Below, one piece after another: positions 43,475-64,000 of a stretch of 64,000 bases of DNA. Below the pieces are notes generated by a model, which made no database searches, was not told the DNA's origin, and worked only from the letters and a program-made list of their open reading frames with translations. Both the position numbers and the translations under genes were made by a program. The stretch's first letter is position 1. Each line of letters begins with the position of its first letter. Source of the stretch: the human T2T-CHM13v2.0 reference genome, Homo sapiens; NCBI RefSeq assembly GCF_009914755.1, contig NC_060940.1; one strand, written 5' to 3'.

Positions 43475-44709
43475 TGTTACCCTGATGCTTCCGAGCTCCC
43501 CTTCTTACCACAGGGATTGCTTAAGAGTACTCGGGTGTCCTCCAGCGTAGTTCCACGTTCTCCAGTCATTGTTCCGGCACACGCATAGAAATATAGAGTG
43601 TGGAGCAGGAATCGGGGCTGATAGCCTTCATAGCTGAGAGCCACGAAGAGTTTTACCCACATATTTATTGATAGCAAGCCAGTGATAAGCATTGTTTCTA
43701 TAGATTATAGTTTAAATCGGGAAACAAAAGGATGGGCTCTGGCTAGTTATCTGCAGCAGGAACATGTCTTTAAGGCACAGATCACTCATGCTATTGTTTG
43801 CAGTTCTGGAACGCCTTAAGGGGTTTTCTGCCCTGGGTGGGCGAGGTGTTCCCTTGCCCTAATTCTGGTAAACCAACAACCTTCAGCGTGGGCATCATAG
43901 CCATCACGAGCCTGTCACACTGCTGCAGAGATTTTGTTTATGGCCAGTTTTGGGGTCTGTTTATGGCTAGATTTGGGGTCCTGTTCCCAACAGACCCCTG
44001 TCTCTCACCATAAGCAAAACTTAACTGAAAATGGATCAAAAACCTAAATATAAGCACTTATAAAACTTTAAAATTCTTAGGACCTTGGATTAGGCTGTGA
44101 TATACTTGCTAAAAACACACGTAAATGTGTTTTTAAATCTTTAGAAATTATGCTTTATGAAAATTTTACACTGTTTTCAAAGCATACCATCAAGGAATGG
44201 GAAAGACAATCCATATAATGCGAGGGAAAGTTTGTAAATTGTATCTTATAAGGGACTTAATCTAAAATATATAAGGAACTCTTACAAGCCAGTAATAAAA
44301 ACGCAAATAACACAGTTTTTAAATTCTCAAAGAATCTGCATAGACATTTATCCAAAGAAGATGCACAAGCCTCCAAGAAGTACATGAAAAGATTCTCAAC
44401 ATCATTAGCCGTCAGGTAAATACAAATCAAAATGGCAATAAGGCACTACATCAGTTGAAACAGGATGACTATACTAAGACAAACAGATAAGAAGTGTTGG
44501 TGAAAAGATGTTAAAATTGGAACTCTCATCCACTGCTGGTGTGAATGTAAGTTGTTCCGGCCATTTTGGGAAACAGTCTGGTAGTTCCTCAGAAGGTTAA
44601 ATCTAGAGTTACCACATGACCAAATAATTCTACTGCTAGGTATATAGAACAAAGAAACATGAAAACATTATGTCCACATAAAAACTTGTACATGAATGTT
44701 TATATCAGA

Positions 44710-47960
<3,251 letters not shown>

Positions 47961-48522
47961 GAGGCATTTTTTTACTCCAGAGCTTAAATTTCAGCACGTT
48001 TTACTAATTTGGGCCTTTTCCAAAGGCCCTTAGAAGGGCCATAGTAACAATATGTTCACGTGGTTGGATGTTTTCATCAGATTTACAATAGTAAGATATT
48101 TTAAGTATAGTCATTTAAGACCCCTGTCTCTCTTCACCTTGATTTCTTCTTTGTGTCAGCTGGCAGTAGAGTGGTTTCAGGCATTTTGTGATTGGGGGAT
48201 TTATTTGTGTTTAGTGGGATGTGTTTGTGATTCAGAGTCATTTCTGGATGTAGGTAATTATAGCCTGTCAGCCTGATTGTGTTGGGAATGTGGTCTCTGG
48301 TGCCTGGCACCTGTAATATGTGAGTATTAGAGAAGCCAAAGTGCAAATTATGGAACCAGAAGGTAATCAGGAAAAAATTCCCAATTATCTGATGTTTAAA
48401 ATTTTAAGTGTAGGATTTCGTTCTCATCAATTTCCAGTCAAAACAGCACTTTTCTCCTGTCAAAAATAACATAGCACATTCAATTATAAATTCACCATAT
48501 ATTTATTTTCTTTTTTTGATAG

Positions 48523-48671
48523 GAATCCTGCTTTTTTTTTTTCTTTGAGACACGGTCTCGCTCTGTCACCCTTGCTGGAGTGCAGTGGTGCAATCACAGA
48601 TCACGGCAGGGTCTAATTCCTGGGCTCAAGTGAACCTTTTGCATCAGCCTCCTGAATAGCTGAGACCACAG
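48523..48671 (+). other. ATF7IP2: Candidate 149-nt 5'-UTR exon exonised from an antisense old Alu arm
   Basis: TTTTCTTTTTTTGATAG acceptor; CAG|GTATGT donor at the usual Alu right-arm cryptic donor position; no AUG. Confidence 0.65.
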
Positions 48672-49004
48672 GTATGTGCCACACCTGGTTGAATTCTCCC
48701 TTTAAAATAATATAAGAATGTTTTTATTTGTAGGACACAAAACTGTAGCAGTGTCTTCAGGCAAAGCTGCTAATTTTATGCATCATGATTATCACTTTTA
48801 GCAAATACATCATAAAACCATGCTAGAGGAAAGATTTGATTTGTTCATTTTCTTTGGAAAATAATACAAAAATTGTATTCATGAAGAGACAATCATATAA
48901 TACACAGTCCTATAGGAAAAATAGAATTGTATAGGCATATTAGGGTCTTAATTAATGAAGAGTATTGTGCTGTTTTTTGGATTTATTTAGTATATATATC
49001 AGGT

Positions 49005-49813
49005 TTGTTTGTGTGTTTGTTTTAAGACAGAGTCTCGCTCTGTCATCCAGGCTGGAGTACAATGGCACGATCTCGGCTCACTGCAACCTCTGCCTCCTGA
49101 GTTCAAGTGATTCGCTTGCCTCGGCCTCCCAGAAGCTGGGATTACAGGCATGTGCCAGCATGCCTGGCTAGTTTTTGTATTTTTAATAGAGATGGCGTTT
49201 TGCCCTGTTGGCCAGGCTGGCCTGAACTCCTGACCTCAGGTGATCCACCTGCCTCGGCCTCCCAAAGTGCTAGGATTACAGGCGTGAGCCACCCTACCAG
49301 GTTAGTTGGCTTATTTATTTAAGCTGGAATGTTATGTATCTTAGTGCTGGTTTTATTTTATTTTATTTTATTTTATTTTATTTTATTTTATTTATTTTAT
49401 TTTATTTATTTTATTTTATTATTTTATTTTATTTTAATTTAATTTAATTTTTATTTTATTTATTTTATTTCATTTATTTTATTTTTATTTTGTTTTATTT
49501 TATTTTATTTTTATTTTATTTTATTTTATTTTTAGACTGTCTCACTCTGTTGCCCAAGCTGGAGTACAGTGGCGCGATGTTGGCTCACTGCAACCTCCAC
49601 CTCCCGGGTTCGAGTGATTCTTGTGCTTCAGCCTGCCGAGTAGCTTGGGATTACAGGTGCATGCCACCATGCCTGGCTAATTTTTGTACTTTTAGTAGAG
49701 ACAGGGTTTCACCACGTTGACCAAGCTGGTCTCGAACCCCTTACTGCAAATAATCCTTCCAACTCGGCCTCCCAAACTGCTGGGATTACAGGCATGAGCC
49801 ACGACACCTGGCC
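49005..49813 (-). mobile_element. Two antisense AluS (~49005-49300, 49534-49813)
   Basis: Alu consensus motifs. Confidence 0.92.
49351..49533 (+). repeat. Interrupted (TTTTA)n pentanucleotide repeat, an expanded Alu tail
   Basis: Read directly; abuts the antisense Alu at 49534. Confidence 0.95.
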
Positions 49814-50280
49814 ACATTTATTTTAGAAACTTGAACATTAGGAAAGCTTAAACAGATGCCATTATGTATAGAAAATGGAATGTTTTATAAAAACTTTTTT
49901 TTGTTTTTATGAATAAGTGCAATTTAATGTTTAGATTATTTAAACTATGACTTACCTGGATAAAAAAGTAGTGAATGGTTATAGCACTGAGGTGATATAA
50001 CAAGAAGTGGCTAGATAAAACTATCAGGTAGAGGCTTACTAGCAATACAGATTTTGAATTTATGTAGTTTAGATTTATAGAAACAATAGAAAAGATTTTT
50101 ATGTTTTCAGTGTCATGAAAATGGATATGATTTTCAGTAAGGTGATTATCTAAATATGGAGAGACAGTGTCAATGTTATTTTAATATTGTAAATAAATAA
50201 CTTTAATTCAGTAGTAAATAACTTTTATTCACTAGAGAAATGCATTTAAATATGATGTCTTAAATTCCAGGATATGAAAG

Positions 50281-51112
50281 ATGGCAAGTCCAGATAGAAG
50301 TAAACGGAAGATATTAAAAGCCAAAAAGACAATGCCCCTAAGTTGCCGGAAGCAAGTAGAGATGCTGAATAAGTCAAGGAATGTTGAAGCGCTGAAAACA
50401 GCAATTGGGAGTAATGTTCCAAGCGGTAATCAGAGTTTCAGTCCTAGTGTCATAACTAGGACTGAAATAACCAAATGTAGCCCTTCTGAAAATGGTGCAT
50501 CCTCATTGGACTCTAATAAAAATTCAATATCAGAGAAAAGTAAAGTATTCTCTCAGAATTGCATAAAACCAGTAGAAGAAATTGTTCATTCAGAAACAAA
50601 ATTGGAACAAGTTGTTTGTTCGTACCAAAAGCCAAGTAGAACAACAGAATCCCCCAGCAGAGTCTTCACAGAAGAGGCAAAAGATTCACTGAACACTTCT
50701 GAAAACGATTCTGAGCATCAGACAAATGTAACAAGATCCCTTTTTGAGCATGAGGGGGCTTGTAGTCTAAAGTCCAGTTGCTGTCCACCCAGTGTATTGA
50801 GTGGTGTTGTTCAGATGCCAGAGTCTACAGTAACCAGTACCGTGGGTGACAAGAAAACTGACCAGATGGTTTTCCATTTAGAAACAAACTCCAATTCAGA
50901 ATCACATGATAAAAGGCAAAGTGACAACATTTTATGTTCAGAAGACTCAGGTTTTGTGCCTGTTGAGAAAACACCTAATTTGGTGAATTCAGTCACTTCT
51001 AACAACTGTGCTGATGACATTTTGAAAACTGATGAGTGTAGTAGAACCAGTATTTCAAATTGTGAAAGTGCAGACTCAACATGGCAGTCATCACTTGACA
51101 CTAATAACAACA
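50281..51112 (+). CDS. ATF7IP2: ATF7IP2 first coding exon (exon starts 50271); Ser/Thr-rich, probably disordered N-terminus
   Basis: MASPDRSKRKILKAKKTMPLSCRKQVEML recognised as the ATF7IP2/MCAF2 N-terminus; acceptor TTCCAG at 50270, Kozak AAGATGG, donor ACA|GTAAGT at 51112 (phase 1). Confidence 0.93.
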
Positions 51113-51448
51113 GTAAGTATATACTTATGCACCTTTTAGAAAAATTAAAATAGTCACTTTTCTTTAGGGTATTTTAAAGTCTCAAATATACAAACCAGTA
51201 TAGACAGAAAAAAGGTAAATGATGACAATTATTTCACAGTATCTTGTTTCTGAACCATTCTTAGTGAGGTGGGGGACAGGTATCCACCATATTAAAAGGG
51301 TAATTATTGCAAAGAAGGAATCAATCACTTTTCCTTAAGTACAAAATATCAAAAGGTGGTTTATAGCAATTATTTGGTTCATTTCATATACATCTCTTCT
51401 TATTTTGAAGTTTTATTAGATTAAGAAGGAGGCTAGTTGAAAGAGTGA

Positions 51449-53169
<1,721 letters not shown>

Positions 53170-53182
53170 TGATCTCCTCAAG

Positions 53183-53307
53183 GCCATTATCAAAAGAAGA
53201 GGATGTTTTCAGAAAACGAGGAAAATGTTAAACGCATGAAAACTTCAGAGCAAATTAATGAAAATATTTGTGTAAGTTTGGAAAGGCAAACAGCATTCCT
53301 GGAACAG
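53183..53307 (+). CDS. ATF7IP2: ATF7IP2 coding exon (S)HYQKKRMFSENEENVKRMKTSEQINENICVSLERQTAFLEQ; possible bipartite NLS
   Basis: Acceptor CTCAAG, donor CAG|GTAAAA; 125 nt restores the frame from phase 1 to phase 0. Confidence 0.92.
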
Positions 53308-54454
53308 GTAAAATATTGGGGCTTAAATGGAACTTTTACTTTTGATTAGTAAAACATGGTAAAAGTTAATTATCTGGTCCCCACAGTGGCATAATACAGA
53401 CGACTTTCACTTGCTGCAGAGCTGGTGTGTGAAAGCCAAATTATCAGACAGACTGGGGAGAGATAACTACTTACATTACCAAAACAGCTCTGGTTTCTTG
53501 AAAATGGTCTCATGCAGAATAACCTAGGGATCATGTGTAGGTAGAGTCCTGTTGCAAAAAGAGAATGGGCTTTCAGTCAGTATTACACTCATATTTGTCT
53601 GTAAGTCAGACACTGCATGACCTTCAGCTTTATTAAAGAATCCAGTCTCTTTTGTACTAGTCATGGGGTTCTTAGATCTGCAGCTCTATCCATTTGTAGA
53701 TCTCACCACAACCCAGAAGACTCAAACAACCTGGAAGTCCATTGCAAAGTCCCTGTGCATTCAGGTTTACTTGCCCTATTTTCCAAACTTAAACGGATAT
53801 GGTACATTATCTGACATTTTGCTGTATAGCATCATTAAATACACTTCTTGCTTTCATTGTGGCCTCATTTTATCTCATTGTACTACAGTCTCAGTATGCG
53901 TTTGATCAATTGTTAGCTGAAGTGTATGTAGCGTGTTTCAGTTCTAGTAGAATGGTTATACTGAGGACGGGTTTTGATGACCATGTTTTCCTATTTCACT
54001 ACCACTAGAATGCCACCACTACAAATCATTACCTAGTAGACTAATGTCTTCCAGCTGTAATGGACCGAAATTTCCCCGTCTAAACTACCCTGCAAACTGT
54101 TTCAGAAACAGAAACACTACCATTTTTTAAAACAGACCATTACAATTACATAGTTAGATATACTATGAATGTGTATTCTTCACCTAATAATAAGGGAAAA
54201 TAAAGGGAAAGAGTTACGCAGAACCAGCTTAAAGGGCGAGTCAACAGTTTTTCTGTGTCTCCCTTTTGGTTTTCTTCGAAGAAGACCAAAGGAGACAGTA
54301 AAAAATATGTAAGTGTTCTGTTGTTGGCAGGGAAAGGGTAGAAGTATGGTAAGCATGGATCCTAGCCCTAAGGACCATGTTATTCAAGAAGAAGGTTGGG
54401 GATTCCAGCTGTGTCTTGTTTCCAGTAATTAGTAGCTGAAGTGAGAAGTAAGTT

Positions 54455-56976
<2,522 letters not shown>

Positions 56977-56991
56977 TGGCTTCTTTCAGTT

Positions 56992-57027
56992 TTAGCACCG
57001 TGCTCTAACTAGCTGAGCTAACCAACT
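56992..57027 (-). pseudogene. 5'-half tRNA-Ile(AAT)-like retrocopy
   Basis: Reverse complement AGTTGGTTAGCTCAGCTAGTTAGAGCACGGTGCTAA versus recalled tRNA-Ile GGCCGGTTAGCTCAGTTGGTTAGAGCGTGGTGCTAA (29/36 by eye); stops in the anticodon loop. Confidence 0.75.
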
Positions 57028-57759
57028 GATTGATATTATTTCAATTTTAACAATAAGAAAGCCACCCCCTAAAACAATTATGGAAGTAATGGTGATTATC
57101 TTACATATTTATTTCTTTCATATCAATTCAGTGTTTTTTATTTTATGGTGCTCTTTTGCGTATTACCTTATGTTCCTATAAAAATCCTTTGAGTATCACT
57201 TGTTCAACATTTATTATATTATCTACTCATTTGTCAACAAGGAAAATGAAGCTCAAAAATAATGTGACTGACTAAAGGGTCAAGTAGCTTATTAGTGGTA
57301 ATGTCAAGTCTCACACTTGTGTAATTTGTTCTATATCTACTACAGACCAACCAACCATTTTCATCAGGTGCTGGTTTTCAGATAAGTAGAGTTCCTTTAT
57401 ATGGAATACTAACTAGGAGTTATGGATATTAAAAAATATAAATGGCATATAGTCTTTTAATTGTTTCTATAATGTATAGTATGGAATTCAAGTGGAACTA
57501 TAGGAAACTAAAGTTAGCATTATGAGAATAAATTTAATTTCTAACATGTCCAGTATACTTAAATATTGGATGTGTTCTGAGTTTAATATTCAAGTTTTGA
57601 AAAACTTACTGGTATAGTTATATAAACATACAAATATAAATAAACTATATTTAATTGGTTACAGTAAATCTGGAAAAGAGCAAGGCTTTTTAAGTAGAAA
57701 GTAAAATTGCTTTTAAATTTGAAACGTAGGGTGTTTTGGTTTTTATTTTAAAATTCTAG

Positions 57760-57894
57760 GTCAGACATTTGATTCAGCAGGAGATCTATAGCATAAATTA
57801 TGAACTATTTGATAAGAAACTGAAAGAATTGAACCAACGCATTGGGAAGACAGAGTGCAGAAATAAGCATGAAGGAATAGCTGATAAACTTTTG
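57760..57894 (+). CDS. ATF7IP2: ATF7IP2 coding exon VRHLIQQEIYSINYELFDKKLKELNQRIGKTECRNKHEGIADKLL (SETDB1-binding coiled coil)
   Basis: Acceptor TTCTAG, donor TTG|GTAAGT; 135 nt, in frame; heptad pattern typical of the ATF7IP-family binding domain. Confidence 0.93.
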
Positions 57895-57934
57895 GTAAGT
57901 TTTGATTTCATTTGAGTCTTTTTTAGGGGAGTAG

Positions 57935-59830
<1,896 letters not shown>

Positions 59831-60025
59831 ATTTTTTTTATTTATATATATGTATATGTTATACAAGCATAAAATGTGATTTCAAGCTTTTGCATATATT
59901 AGAATTTTTCATTTGGGTAGATGTCTAGGTCTTACAAAACTACTTTGGCAAATAATTTACCCTCTATCTCTATGTGATATATAGTACTCTGGCTTAGTAT
60001 TTATTTTTTTCTCTTTTTCTTCTAG

Positions 60026-60124
60026 GCAAAAATAGCAAAACTTCAAAGACGTATTAAAACAGTATTATTATTTCAAAGGAATTGTTTGAAACCAAACATG
60101 TTATCCAGTAATGGAGCCTCTAAG
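60026..60124 (+). CDS. ATF7IP2: ATF7IP2 coding exon AKIAKLQRRIKTVLLFQRNCLKPNMLSSNGASK; gene continues beyond the window
   Basis: Long polypyrimidine tract plus TCTAG acceptor, donor AAG|GTTTGT; 99 nt, in frame. Confidence 0.92.
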
Positions 60125-60419
60125 GTTTGTATAAACACACAGGAATTGTAATCATCTATTTGACTCATATAAGTGGTTTGATTAGAAGAAATGAATATAT
60201 TTCCAGGCTAGGACAGAAGGTGTAAAGGTAAGTAAGTTTTTACTTAGAGTGTTCCCATGCATCTGTCTCTGGAAAAGACACCCTTAGGTAGTACATGCCA
60301 CTTGTATTTCTGTAGTAAAGGGAGTAGAAAGAGGATTGGTGATTGCCAAGATTGGCTTCCCCCACCCCCATTTTATCATGAAAAGTATCAAATATATACA
60401 GCAAAGTTGAAATTATGTG

Positions 60420-61509
60420 TTTTTAATTATAGTTTAAGTTCTGGGGTACATGAGCAAAATGTGCAGTTGCATTACATAGGTATACACGTGTCATGGTGGT
60501 TTGTCAGACCCATCAACCTGTCATCTACATTAGGTATTTCTCCTAATGCTATCCCTCCCCTAGCCTCCCCACCCCCCGACAGGCCCTGGTGTGTGGTGTT
60601 CCCCTCCGTGTGTCCATGTGTTCTCATTGTTCAACTCCCACTTATGAGTGAGAACATGTAGTGTTTGGTTTTCTGTTCTCGTGTTAGTTTGCTGAGAATG
60701 ATGGTTTTCAGCTTCATCCATGTCGCTGCAAAGGACATGAATTCATCCTTTTTTTGGCTGCATAGTATTCCATGGTGTATAAGTGCCACATTGTCTTTAT
60801 CCAGTCTATCATTGACGGGGATTTGGGTTGATTCCAAGTCTTTGCTATTGTAAATAGTGCTGCAATAAACGTACGTGTGCATGTGTCTTTATAGCAGAAT
60901 GATGTATAATCCTTTGGGTATATACCCAGTAATGGGATTGCTGGGTCATGTGGTAGTTCTGGTTCTATAGATCCTTGAGGAATCGCCACACTGTCTTCCA
61001 CAATGGTTGAACTAATTTACACTTTCACCAACAGTATAAAAAGCATTCCTATTTCTGCACATCCTCTCCAGCATCTGTTGTTTCCTGACTTTTTAATGAT
61101 CGCCATTCTAACTGGCATGAGTTAGTATCTTACTGTGGTTTTGATTTGCATTTCTATAATGACCAGTGATGATCAGCTATTTTTCATGTTTGTTGGCTGC
61201 ATAAATGTCTTCTTTGGAGAAGTGTCTGTTCATATCCTTCGCCCGCTTTTTGATGGGGTTGTTTTTTTCTTGTAAATTTAAGTTCTTTATAGATTCTGGA
61301 TATTAGCCCTTTGTCAAATGGATAGATTGCAAAAATTTTCTCCCATTCTGTAGGTTGCCTGTTCACTCTGATGATAGTTTCCTTTGCTGCGCAGAATCTC
61401 TTTAGTTTAATTAGATCCCATTTGTCAATTTTGGCTTTTGTTGCTGTTGCTTTTGGTGTTTTAGTCATGAAGTCTTTGCCCATTCCTATGTCCTGTATGT
61501 TATTGCCTA
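60420..61509 (-). mobile_element. Antisense L1PA 3' end (ORF2 C-terminus and 3'UTR)
   Basis: TTTAAGTTCTGGGGTACATG 3'UTR end; ORF 61184-61483 [28 protein letters not shown]. Confidence 0.92.
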
Positions 61510-61943
61510 TGTTAGAAACAAGAGCTGGGAGTCACAAAGAATACATGCACTCAGACAAAAGATTTCTCAACAAGGCAAATTTACTTCTGCAGAAAGGTGC
61601 TGCCTGCATCAGTCATGATCGCAAAAGCACACTGAACAAAGGAAAGCAGGGGATTTTATTCCTAATGCTGTTCCTGTTTCTGTGTCCTCCCCCCATTAAT
61701 TGGGGTCGGATTGCACAATCTAAATTCATCCCAATTGACTAGATTTAGCATTTAGAATAGGATAAAGAACCAGGAAGTTTGTTTGTACCTAACAACTTAA
61801 AGTAAGGTGGTGTGGGTCAGCTACAACCTTGGTAGATGAAGGCATGCCTGGGTGTGTAAAAGGCAGGAAAGGTTACTTATAAATTGGAACAAAGGACAAG
61901 GAGGGTGAAACCCTTATGAAGAGAAACTTGTTTGTTCCTAACA
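61510..61943 (-). mobile_element. 3' LTR (LTR10 family) of a HERV-I-type provirus
   Basis: TGTTAG termini on both strands; preceded on - by the PPT CAAGAGGGGGAAAAT; homologous to the LTR at 28595-29088. Confidence 0.85.
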
Positions 61944-64000
61944 ATTTTCCCCCTCTTGAATTTATACACTTTATTCTTCAGACTTATCTAACATGTCTTG
62001 ACTTTGCTGTTCTTCTTGATTTTCTAGCAGTAAAAGCTTGTCAGAATAGTGTGGAAAAGAAATGAGGAAAGTTTTAGTAGGGGCTGTTTTTATAAGTTTT
62101 ATTGTTTTATTGAACTAGTCCATGAATAGAAGGTATGATACAGCAGCCAGTGGGAATGAGTACCCTAACTATAATTGCAAGGGAAGTAAAAATAGAAGCC
62201 ATGAGTCCTTTCCATTTACCAAACCACCTTTCTAACCATCCTGTAAAGGGGTCATTTACCCTAGAATTCCTGGTTAACTCATTAGATAAGGAGGTGAGAC
62301 CTTGTAGAGGTTTAGTGATTGTTCCATGAGGGGCTGTATTGTTAGGGATGAAGGTAAAACATTGGGTTCCTATCACGATACAGACTCCATCTTTTTCTGC
62401 TAGTATCATATCTAGTGCCATTCTATTTTCCAGGCCATTTGGCCCTAATTGCTCAGCTGTTCCTTTAATGGCATCCTTAGTATAACTGACAAATTGTTGT
62501 TGGTTATAGTAGATATAATTTATCCAATCCACGTTTTTATTAACAGTTACCCACCAGAACAAGGATTCAAACCCTGCAGCTGTTTGGTTTCGTGCTTTAA
62601 ATTTATCTGGTACCCCTCATGGGACTCCAATGGCATCTATATAAACGTGAGAATCAAAAGATCGTGAGGGGCCTCTCTTGTTTTATGGTGGTGTTTTTCC
62701 TTTTCCTGGTTGATGGAATGCTAGAGTGAAAGGGATGGCCAATTGAATTAGAGCGCAAGTACTGCTCCAGTTATTTGGCAGAGTGTCCAATAAGGGTCCA
62801 CCACAGTACCACAATACATCCACTCGAGGATGAGTAAGGGCAGACTGATTGGTAAGCTCTTAGAAAGGCTTAAGCTCACTGCATCCCTTTAGGTCTCCAA
62901 GAAATGCCAAATTTTCTCCCTGTCATGAGAGACACAAAGTAAAATTGGCATCGTTAGATGGAAGCTGGGTGGCCCTCAGGGACTGACCTGCAGGGTGCTG
63001 GACTTCAGTCAATAGCAGAGAGAGAGCTTGGCATGACTTATTACCCCAGGCTGTGGGGTGCTAGAAGAGAGCTACCATACAGTCCACACCCAGTCGATTT
63101 GAAGGCCATGCAAGTAGAAAGCGGACAACCTGGGCCTCTGGCCTACCGTGTGCACAAGCGTAACAACTGCTTTTGTTGAGAGTGCAAACAGAATATTCAA
63201 TTCATTCCATGCAGGCATTTGCTTCTTGGTATCCAGTCTCAATTGCTAAAGTCTGTTTTAAATCTTTTACTTTTACAATAGCTACTTTAGTTTTGTCATT
63301 GGGAAGGGGGTGAGGAGTGGCACCCACTATTTGATTTGGTGGATTTAGGGAAGGTGAAGTGGTAGGAGGTGGAGAATGGTGGACAAAATGTATTTCAAGG
63401 AGGCTATAGGGTCCCTTCCAGCAACATTGGCTCCTAAACCATAGAGACAGCCTAAGGTGGGCTTAGGGTCAATGGAAGTAGAAGTGGTAGTGGAGAGAAG
63501 AACTGGGTTACATTGCTAGGACTGACAATTAGAGGGGGTGGTTCATTTAGCGATATAGAGATAAGGCTTTAGGGCGGCACAGGGACCTTCCGTGAAAGTC
63601 CAGCCTTGGTACTGAGTGGTCCAATAAACACGTTCCCAAGAGCTACAGGGTTTCAAATACCATGCTAGACGGTCACAATGGTGAGAGTTAGGGGTGGGTT
63701 CTGTGTGTTCTAGAGGGCCAGGGCAAAGGTACTTACCTGAAGAGGCTAGTTGCCTTTGGGTTTGTAGGTCCCCACAGGGCATAACAAGACAAGCATCAAA
63801 TGTAATTGTTTGAGGAAACGATGATCAGGTTACATTGATAAAATAAAATGTTCCTGGGTAGCTAACGAAAGAAAGAGGAAGCAAATTAGACAGGTTAAGT
63901 TTTTTTGAATATTAGTTTGGAAGGTGTTGGCCCGGGAGTGACAACCTATGCCTCCAAAGGGGGTCATGCCTTTTTCACCTGAGTGTGATGGGTCTACCCT
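61944..64000 (-). pseudogene. HERV-I (HERVIP10-like) env pseudogene; provirus continues beyond the window
   Basis: TM ORF 62107-62562 with FWWVTVNKNVDWINYIYYNQQ, immunosuppressive-domain-like LENRMALDMILAEKDGVC and a membrane anchor; SU fragments (63543-63782) frameshifted. Confidence 0.85.

Noticed and set aside
51113-51153. C-terminal KYILMHLLEKLK of the 290-aa ORF as the true protein end
   Set aside because: It lies past a consensus donor; in-frame splicing to 53183 continues the ATF7IP2 sequence.
56992-57027. Functional tRNA gene, or a link to the tRNA-Ile-primed HERV-I nearby
   Set aside because: Only the 5' half is present with no B box; the HERV-I primer site pairs with the tRNA 3' end, so the proximity is probably coincidental.

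Overview
Primate (human-like) genomic DNA containing the 5' two-thirds of ATF7IP2 (MCAF2, a SETDB1 cofactor expressed mainly in germ cells) on the + strand. It has a CpG-island promoter at ~5.4-6.2 kb, a ~44 kb non-coding 5' region and four coding exons (50281-51112, 53183-53307, 57760-57894, 60026-60124) that splice in frame. The rest is mostly transposon-derived: about 60 Alus, a nested stack of L1s, a decayed HERV-K(HML-3)/MER9 provirus, the 3' end of a HERV-I/LTR10 provirus, solo LTRs and DNA-transposon MITEs. Nearly all ORFs in the supplied track are repeat artefacts. The most interesting signal is three candidate AUG-free 5'-UTR exons carved from antisense L1, antisense HERV-K env and antisense Alu in a gene whose product helps silence transposons. 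The L1-derived exon also has a recursive-splice-type junction and a flanking (UG)17 tract. Other notable items are an overlapping uORF, two LTR10 insertions 15 nt apart in homologous L1 sequence, a tailless tRNA-Ile half retrocopy, recurrent template-switch hairpins in Alus and a local templated duplication. No demonstrably new biological system is proven by the sequence alone; repeat subfamily names and many boundaries are by-eye estimates.
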